From Salinarchaeum sp. (GTDB lineage Archaea; Halobacteriota; Halobacteria; Halobacteriales; SKNY01), in contig SKNY01000004.1 in the NCBI GenBank assembly GCA_007123105.1, positions 1 to 55,615 on the forward strand: a stretch of 55,615 bases of DNA, given 5' to 3'. This document shows positions 49,873-55,615 of the stretch, piece by piece. Under the pieces are notes generated by a model. It did no database searches, was not told the DNA's origin, and worked only from the letters and a program-made list of their open reading frames with translations. Numbering within the stretch: position 1 is the first letter of the stretch; each line of letters begins with the position of its first letter. A program made the translations under genes and the position numbers.

Positions 49873-50916
49873 ATGAACGACGAGCCACTCCGGATCGGTA
49901 CCCGGGGTTCTGTCCTGGCACGTCGCCAGGCCGAGACCGTCGCCACGGCGCTCGGAAACCACGGCGTGGACGTCGAGCTCGTACCGGTCGAGACAGCCGG
50001 TGATCGGCACCGCGACCGGCTCGTCCAACGGCTCGGCCGGACGGGTGCCTTCGTCCGTGCCCTCGACGACCGTGTACTGGATGGTGAACTCGACGTGGCG
50101 GTCCACTCGATGAAGGACATCCCAACGGAGCTACCCGATGGACTCGTCGTTGCCGCCGTGCCCAACCGCGCGGAACCACGCGACGTCGTCGTCAGCCCGA
50201 CAGGCGAGGGACTCGCCGCCCTCGATCCCGGTGCGACCGTCGGCACCTCGAGTGTACGCCGTCGAGCACAAATTCTCCGCGCGCATCCGGATCTCACCGT
50301 TGAGCCTGTCCGAGGGAACGTCGATACGCGACTCGAGAAACTTTATGCGGCCCACGTCAAGGAAACGGCCGCGGAATTCGACGATGACGACTCCGACGAA
50401 CAAGACGAGTGGATCTCGTCGCTCACCGAACTCGAACGAGCCGCGCTGGATCGGGAGGTCGATGTCGCCTTCGACGCCTTAGTACTGTCCGGCGCTGGTC
50501 TCCAACGAATCGAGCTCGACCGACAGGTCCAGCCGACACCACGGCCGATTGCAACCGCCGTCCCGGCGGCCGGGCAGGGTGCCATCGCGGTGACGATGCG
50601 GGACGGCGACCTCGCCCGGCGTGTGCATTCCATGATCGACAAGCCGCCGATCAGGGTGGCTGTCACGGTCGAACGCACCCTCCTCGCCGCATTGGGCGGG
50701 GGGTGTATCGCCCCGATCGGAATCAACGCCGTCGTCCAGGGCGAGATCGTCCACACCCGGGTTCAAGTACTAGATACCGACGGCAAGCAGGCCATCGAGG
50801 CGACACGAGATCTCCCGATCGAACGGCATCTCGAATCCGCAACCGAACTCGCCGAGGAACTCGCCGACAGAGGGGCGCGGGACTTGATTGCGGCGGCCGC
50901 CAGTGACGAACAATGA
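49873..50916 (+). CDS. hemC: Hydroxymethylbilane synthase (porphobilinogen deaminase)
   Basis: LRIGTRGSVLARRQAE, AVHSMKDIP and a C-terminal Cys context GGGCIAPIG. It has an acidic insert, EFDDDDSDEQDEW. Confidence 0.9.
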   Translation: MNDEPLRIGTRGSVLARRQAETVATALGNHGVDVELVPVETAGDRHRDRLVQRLGRTGAFVRALDDRVLDGELDVAVHSMKDIPTELPDGLVVAAVPNRAEPRDVVVSPTGEGLAALDPGATVGTSSVRRRAQILRAHPDLTVEPVRGNVDTRLEKLYAAHVKETAAEFDDDDSDEQDEWISSLTELERAALDREVDVAFDALVLSGAGLQRIELDRQVQPTPRPIATAVPAAGQGAIAVTMRDGDLARRVHSMIDKPPIRVAVTVERTLLAALGGGCIAPIGINAVVQGEIVHTRVQVLDTDGKQAIEATRDLPIERHLESATELAEELADRGARDLIAAAASDEQ

Positions 50917-51656
50917 CGTCCGGACGGGTCTATCTGGTCGGCGCAGGTCCCGGTGACCCCGAGCTGTTGACGGTGAAGGCAAACCGGTTGCTCACGGAAG
51001 CAGACGTCATTCTTCACGACGGATTGGTGGGTGAGGAGCTACTCGCATCGTTGCCAGCGGCAGCCCTCGAGGACGTCGGCAAACGTAACACCGACCGGCG
51101 CACCACACAGGAGGCAATCAACGAACGGATGGTAGAGCTTGCAGCTGCCGGCAAGCGCGTCGTCCGGTTGAAAGGTGGTGACCCGTTCGTGTTCGGTCGT
51201 GGCGGTGAGGAAGCCCGTTATCTCGCAGAGCACGGCGTTCCAGTGGAGATTGTTCCTGGCGTCACCTCGGCGCTTGCGGTGCCGGGCGTCGTTGGTATTC
51301 CGGCAACAGACCGCGATCACGCATCGCAGGTGACGATCGTGACCGGTCACGAGGACCCCGCCAAGGACGAGTCTCGAGTCGACTGGGGTCGATTGGCCGG
51401 ATTCGACGGAACCATCATCGTCCTGATGGGGGTCGGGAAACTGCCGGAGTATACAGCAGCATTGCTCGAGGCCGGGATGGAGCCGGAGACCCCGGTCGCA
51501 ATGATTGAACGAGGGACGTTGCCGGAGCAACTGATGGTACGTGCCACGTTGGCAACAATTGTCGAGCACGCACGGGAGATCGAACCCCCAGCAATCACGG
51601 TCATCGGCTCTGTCGTGGATGTCACAGAGCTCGTCGAGGGAGTACTCGCATGCTAG
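50913..51656 (+). CDS. cobA: Uroporphyrinogen-III C-methyltransferase (SUMT)
   Basis: VYLVGAGPGDPELLTVKA, RLKGGDPFVFGRGGEE and VPGVTSA. Confidence 0.9.
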   Translation: MTSGRVYLVGAGPGDPELLTVKANRLLTEADVILHDGLVGEELLASLPAAALEDVGKRNTDRRTTQEAINERMVELAAAGKRVVRLKGGDPFVFGRGGEEARYLAEHGVPVEIVPGVTSALAVPGVVGIPATDRDHASQVTIVTGHEDPAKDESRVDWGRLAGFDGTIIVLMGVGKLPEYTAALLEAGMEPETPVAMIERGTLPEQLMVRATLATIVEHAREIEPPAITVIGSVVDVTELVEGVLAC

Positions 51657-52378
51657 CTCGTCCCGCCATTGCTGTGTTTCGACCCGATGATGAACGTCTC
51701 GAACGAGCGATCGACGTGCTGACTGTGTTGGGTGCAGAACCAGTGGCGGATCCGATGCTCGCCATTGAGCCGACCGGAACGCTGCCTCGTTCGGATGCCA
51801 ACGTCGTGGTATTCACAAGCTCGACCGCCGCCGACATCATTGCCGGTCAATGGACTCCTGGCGATACCATGGTGTGTGCCATCGGGCCTCGCACGGCAAC
51901 CGCCCTCGAAGACCGGGAGATCCCGGTCGACGTGATTCCGGAGACCTACGATTCCGCCGGGCTGGTCGAGCGGTTGGCCGACGTCGTCGATGGGTATCGT
52001 GTCGAGATCGCCAGAAGCGATCACGGCAGTGAGGTGTTGCCGTCCGGCTTGCAAACGGCCGGAGCGTACGTGCATGAAACGACGTTGTATTGCATCAAGC
52101 GGCCGCCGCACGCCGGTACATCCGTCGATCGTGCTATCGACGGGTCCCTCGATGGATTGGTGTTTACGTCACCACTGATGGTCGAACACTTCCTCGAAAC
52201 GGTGAACGAGCGGGACGGCCCTGCGGCCGATGCGCTGGTAGCGGATCCAGTCGTCGGCGCGATCGGTGATCCGACGGCAACAGCACTCCGGCGTGGCGGC
52301 ATCGAACCGGACGTCATCGCGCCGAAAGCAGATTTCAAAGTGCTCGCGAAAGCAGTCCTCGACGTCATCCAGGCGTGA
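51650..52378 (+). CDS. hemD: Uroporphyrinogen-III synthase
   Basis: Its position in the hem cluster, the overlapping start, and VVFTSSTAA and LVFTSPLMV (HEM4-like repeats) support the call. Confidence 0.75.
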   Translation: MLARPAIAVFRPDDERLERAIDVLTVLGAEPVADPMLAIEPTGTLPRSDANVVVFTSSTAADIIAGQWTPGDTMVCAIGPRTATALEDREIPVDVIPETYDSAGLVERLADVVDGYRVEIARSDHGSEVLPSGLQTAGAYVHETTLYCIKRPPHAGTSVDRAIDGSLDGLVFTSPLMVEHFLETVNERDGPAADALVADPVVGAIGDPTATALRRGGIEPDVIAPKADFKVLAKAVLDVIQA

Positions 52379-52518
52379 CGGGATACCGCGATCGTGCAAT
52401 AGAGACACACGAGCGCCCAATGACAATGCGCATCTCACAGATCGACACAACTAGGAAGACAGAGCGACGCCGTTGTCGTCACCGTGATGTCTGCACACCG
52501 AATTGAACCCATCATCTC

Positions 52519-54099
52519 ATGATCTATCGCATTGCAACCGCTTTCAAAGGGCAGTCCCAGAAGGTCCCTGGCTGGAATGCAGTTCGTCTTGGCTGGAATT
52601 TCACGCGGATCCAATGGGAGGGGATCGTGGTTGCCGCGCTCGGCTTTGCGATCACGCGAATCTTCGTGGCCGAAGCCGTCATTATGGGAACAGCTATCCC
52701 CTTTCTAATTACTGGTGTCGTGCCATTGATCGTCGGTCTTGCCGTGACGGTATTCGGTGTAACGCTCGCGATCGGGGCGTTCACGGCTTCGTATACCCGG
52801 CATGTGTCCGTGGGGGCATTGATTGGAACATCGGCAATGGTGATGATTTTGTTGATCACGGCGTTCGGCGAATTCGTCCAGGACGGAACCCTCTCATATC
52901 CGTTCACAAACGGGCTGCTTGTTGCCAATGTCATGCTCGGGGGTATCGTTGGAGGCATGGTCATCGGGCACCGCTCGGCGGAATCCGAACGCCAGCGACA
53001 GGCACTCAATCGCAAGTCAAACCGATCGTTGCTGGTGAACCGCCTCCTTAAGCACGATGTAATCAACGCGATCACTATTGTCGGTGGTTATACGACGATT
53101 CTTGCCGAACGATCGGATCCACAGGCCCACCGGACGATCCAGACCGCACTCGATGGCATCGAACGGACCATTCACGAAATCGGGACAATTGCCGACGAAA
53201 CCGAACGCCCGATGCTCGACCTCGTCAACGTCCGCCAGTACGTGCATGCCGAAATCGACCGATTCGACCGTGAACAGGATCTCCATATCGACGTTCAGGA
53301 CAGGGCAAGCGACCCGAATGCGGTTGCCGGCGGAAACCTTGGCCTCGTGATCCGAGAATTACTGGAGAACGCTGCAGACCATGGCACGACCGATTCCATC
53401 GCAGTCGATCTCGATGATTCGTCCAACCAGGTGGGGCTGACGATCTCGAATGAGGGCCCGGGACTGCCGGAAACACAGCGCGAATTACTCGAGCATGGGA
53501 CGTTCCCGGAATACGACGATCCCACCGCCGGGTTTGGCCTCCAAGTCGTCCGCCTTCTCGTCGATCGCTATGGAGGAACGATTCGGGTGACCGAAGAGGA
53601 ACGAATCCATATCACCGTGTCTCTGTCGCGAGCACGCGGTGGGATAGAAATTACCGACCCCGATGGCGTTACGGTTCCAAACCTGTTACATGCCGGCATC
53701 GCCGGGACCATCGCCGGTGTTGCAATGGGGGCAATCTATACACTTTCGACCGGACTGCTTCCCGTAATCGGGGCGTTATATGGCGTGGAGGATCCGATCG
53801 TAGGGTGGATTACACACTTGTTCCACAGCATCGTCTTTGGACTCGTGTTTGCAGCCGGGATCGACCACGTATCACGGGCTCGAAGCGGAATGTCGCGTGC
53901 CAGCTCCACCATCCTTGGCGGTCTCTGGGGAATAACATTATGGCTGGTCGCGGCAGGCGTGGTGATGCCCGTTTGGCTGCGTGCATTGGGAATCGAGGCC
54001 GCGATTCCCAATCTCGACCAAACAGGATTGGTGGCACACCTCGTGTGGGGTCTGGTCATGGCCATCGTGTACGATCTACTCAGGCAATCTCGAGATTGA
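52519..54099 (+). CDS. Sensor histidine kinase with an N-terminal 4-TM region and an additional C-terminal 4-TM domain
   Basis: H-box-like LLKHDVINAI. HATPase_c motifs VIRELLENAADHG, SNEGPGLP and GFGLQVVRLLVDRYGG. Hydrophobic helices lie at both ends. Confidence 0.8.
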   Translation: MIYRIATAFKGQSQKVPGWNAVRLGWNFTRIQWEGIVVAALGFAITRIFVAEAVIMGTAIPFLITGVVPLIVGLAVTVFGVTLAIGAFTASYTRHVSVGALIGTSAMVMILLITAFGEFVQDGTLSYPFTNGLLVANVMLGGIVGGMVIGHRSAESERQRQALNRKSNRSLLVNRLLKHDVINAITIVGGYTTILAERSDPQAHRTIQTALDGIERTIHEIGTIADETERPMLDLVNVRQYVHAEIDRFDREQDLHIDVQDRASDPNAVAGGNLGLVIRELLENAADHGTTDSIAVDLDDSSNQVGLTISNEGPGLPETQRELLEHGTFPEYDDPTAGFGLQVVRLLVDRYGGTIRVTEEERIHITVSLSRARGGIEITDPDGVTVPNLLHAGIAGTIAGVAMGAIYTLSTGLLPVIGALYGVEDPIVGWITHLFHSIVFGLVFAAGIDHVSRARSGMSRASSTILGGLWGITLWLVAAGVVMPVWLRALGIEAAIPNLDQTGLVAHLVWGLVMAIVYDLLRQSRD

Positions 54100-54794
54100 C
54101 GGACGTGTATCGAGGCTGCACATCCTCCGACCTCACAAGACCGTTGGGTGCGGAGATATGACGGAGGTGATAGTCCAACGCCGTCCGACATCCACGAAAA
54201 CGGACATGTACCCCGTCCTCGTCGACGAACGGAACCCACCCCCTTTCCCGGAACTGGCGCGTTCTCGCCGGTTCCATTCCAGTTTGTCGACGCGGACGAT
54301 CGCTAAGGCTGGTCTGCTGTGTGTCCTGTGGTCCCCGATCTGCAATGCCCCCAATCTGAAGTTTCCTTCACACCGTGCCGGGGGCTTCACCGTGTTATCT
54401 CGCCCTGAGCGAATCCGACCGACGGTGGGCGAATGCATCTTTCGCACTCCCCAGACTGGTTCGCGTCCGCGAATCCCACCGTCAATCGAGAGGACTGCGG
54501 GTCCGTGACGATCGCTCCATTCACGAGGGTTAGCCACCGCACAGCTGAGGTGTTCGATGAGTAGTAAGCCGAAAGCCGTGGTTCTCGGGCAAGTCAGACC
54601 TGGTTACGATACCTAGCATATGTCGGTTAAATTTCTCAGTGGGCATAGACTTGACGTTAATTTGAGTTATGCGGAAAGGTTCGTGTAGTACGTCGAGCAT
54701 ATCCTAAACCAACTAACGAGTACACGCGGGACCAGACGGTATGGGTACTCGCGCTATCCTATGGCTGAGTGGACGATCACGTTGCCACTCGGGA

Positions 54795-55490
54795 TCATTG
54801 TCCCACCGTTCGTACCCACGCCGAGGGGTGCGCCTCCCTCGGCCCCAGTCTAATGCCGAATCCGAAGTCTTTCGCTGTGCTGTCGTCGGCGTGGTTCTCG
54901 TAGCCCGACTATAGACAGGGGAATCGCGCTTGGCTCGGGCGATTGGTCGCAGCTGGATACCCACACGTCGAACACCATTGGGAGGTCTGTGCTGTGTTGA
55001 CCTGCTCGACCTGCGCCCCTCGCACTTCGGCTTTGTTCGCGACAATTGTGTGCAGGTGCCGAAACGCCCAGGTAAGTCCCCGTTTCGCACCGGCCATCCG
55101 CTTGCTGATGTCGGTCAAGTCCTCGAAGGCGATGTGTGAGCAGCCACGTTCATCCGCCTCATCGACAATACCATTAGCGATCTCGCGAACGAGCACGGTG
55201 AATCGACCAGTCTTCTTCCGACTGACTACCCGCATTGCCTCGTGGTCGGTTCTCGAACCACAGCGTTGCAGTGCGGCTCTGTAATTTTCGTAGTCACGGC
55301 GTCAATGAGGGAGTGCTGGCGTGGAAGCTCGAAACCAGGAATGTTGTCCGAGACGTCGTGGTTGCTCGTCATGGTCCGTCGATACCGCAGAAATCGCGAG
55401 ATGATTCCTCGCGTGCAACTTGCCACTGGGATGGTGGGCAAAGGGTTGAGTCCGACGCAGACCGACCTGCGCCGGGGTGCACGCCGCAGC
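54795..55490 (-). pseudogene. tnpB: Degraded TnpB (IS200/IS605 OrfB, RuvC/Zn-ribbon half only)
   Basis: My own translation: ...DYENYRAALQRCGSRTDHEAMRVVSRKKTGRF...CSHIAFEDLTDI...WAFRHLHTIVANKAEVRGAQVEQVNTAQTSQWCSTCG...RFPCL*SGYENHADDSTAKD. There is an in-frame TAG at 54909-54911 and a frameshift at about 55290-55302. The N-terminal half is missing. Confidence 0.7.
54820..54843 (-). other. 8-bp stem / 8-nt loop hairpin inside the 3' end of the TnpB remnant
   Basis: GCCGAGGG (54820-54827) pairs with CCCTCGGC (54836-54843). This is the region where TnpB-associated omega-RNA/sotRNA scaffolds normally lie. Confidence 0.3.
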
Positions 55491-55494
55491 GTGG

Positions 55495-55615
55495 TCACAC
55501 CACCTCGATCGATCCGAACATAAACCCGGCGTGGGGGGAGCAGTAGTAATCCTGCCGACCCGGTGAGTCTGCCTCCCAAATGAATTCGTCACCGACTGCG
55601 GTGATGGTTGCCTCG
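55495..55615 (-). CDS. 3' end of a plastocyanin/halocyanin-like copper protein (partial, runs off the window)
   Basis: My own translation: EATITAVGDEFIWEADSPGRQDYYCSPHAGFMFGSIEVV*, with the Cys-x-x-His-x4-Met copper-ligand pattern. Confidence 0.6.
   Translation of the reverse strand, partial: EATITAVGDEFIWEADSPGRQDYYCSPHAGFMFGSIEVV

Overview
This is a high-GC segment with an acidic proteome, Tat/lipobox signal peptides and archaeal ribosomal proteins (S3Ae, S15), so I read it as a haloarchaeal (class Halobacteria) chromosome; the genus cannot be determined from here.

Content from left to right:
- 1-2.6 kb: the right end of a putative integrated element, with small ORFs and a tyrosine integrase. 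It abuts a secreted lamin-tail/PLD protein whose 3' end looks replaced.
- 4-9.3 kb: a core block with a HEAT-repeat protein, a CDP-alcohol phosphatidyltransferase, a halocyanin, the tightly coupled operon rps15 / RecJ-like / Pcc1-like / rps3ae, and tRNA-Ala(GGC).
- 9.6-32 kb: a more accessory stretch. It holds a lipoprotein, a halolysin-type S8 protease and a roughly 1 kb gene-poor zone with an extremely AT-rich core. It also holds a decayed multi-PAS histidine kinase, an intact receiver protein with a kinase stump, and several enzymes and membrane proteins. A decayed Tat-secreted beta-propeller follows. It ends with a catabolic-looking cluster: a ceramidase-like protein, UxuA, a DegT aminotransferase, an orphan solute-binding protein, FAH, EEP, RraA and a PQQ sugar dehydrogenase.
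- 32-52 kb: housekeeping genes. These are an ABC exporter, PHP, DCC, NUDIX and RimI proteins, two divergent aconitase paralogs, dut, Sua5/YrdC, bioY-ecfA-ecfT, and hemB-hemL-hemC-cobA-hemD.
- 52.5-55.6 kb: a histidine kinase with membrane domains at both ends, a degraded TnpB (IS200/IS605) remnant, and the 3' end of a second blue-copper protein.

I found no rRNA, no CRISPR array and no recognisable defence system. I did not find a convincing, complete novel multi-gene system. The best leads are the integrase junction inside the PLD gene, the ceramidase-like/UxuA/DegT operon, the dual-membrane-domain kinase and the TnpB remnant.

Several genes carry frameshifts or in-frame stops, so assembly quality versus real decay should be checked. 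All functional calls rest on motifs read by eye from the ORF translations; no searches were run.
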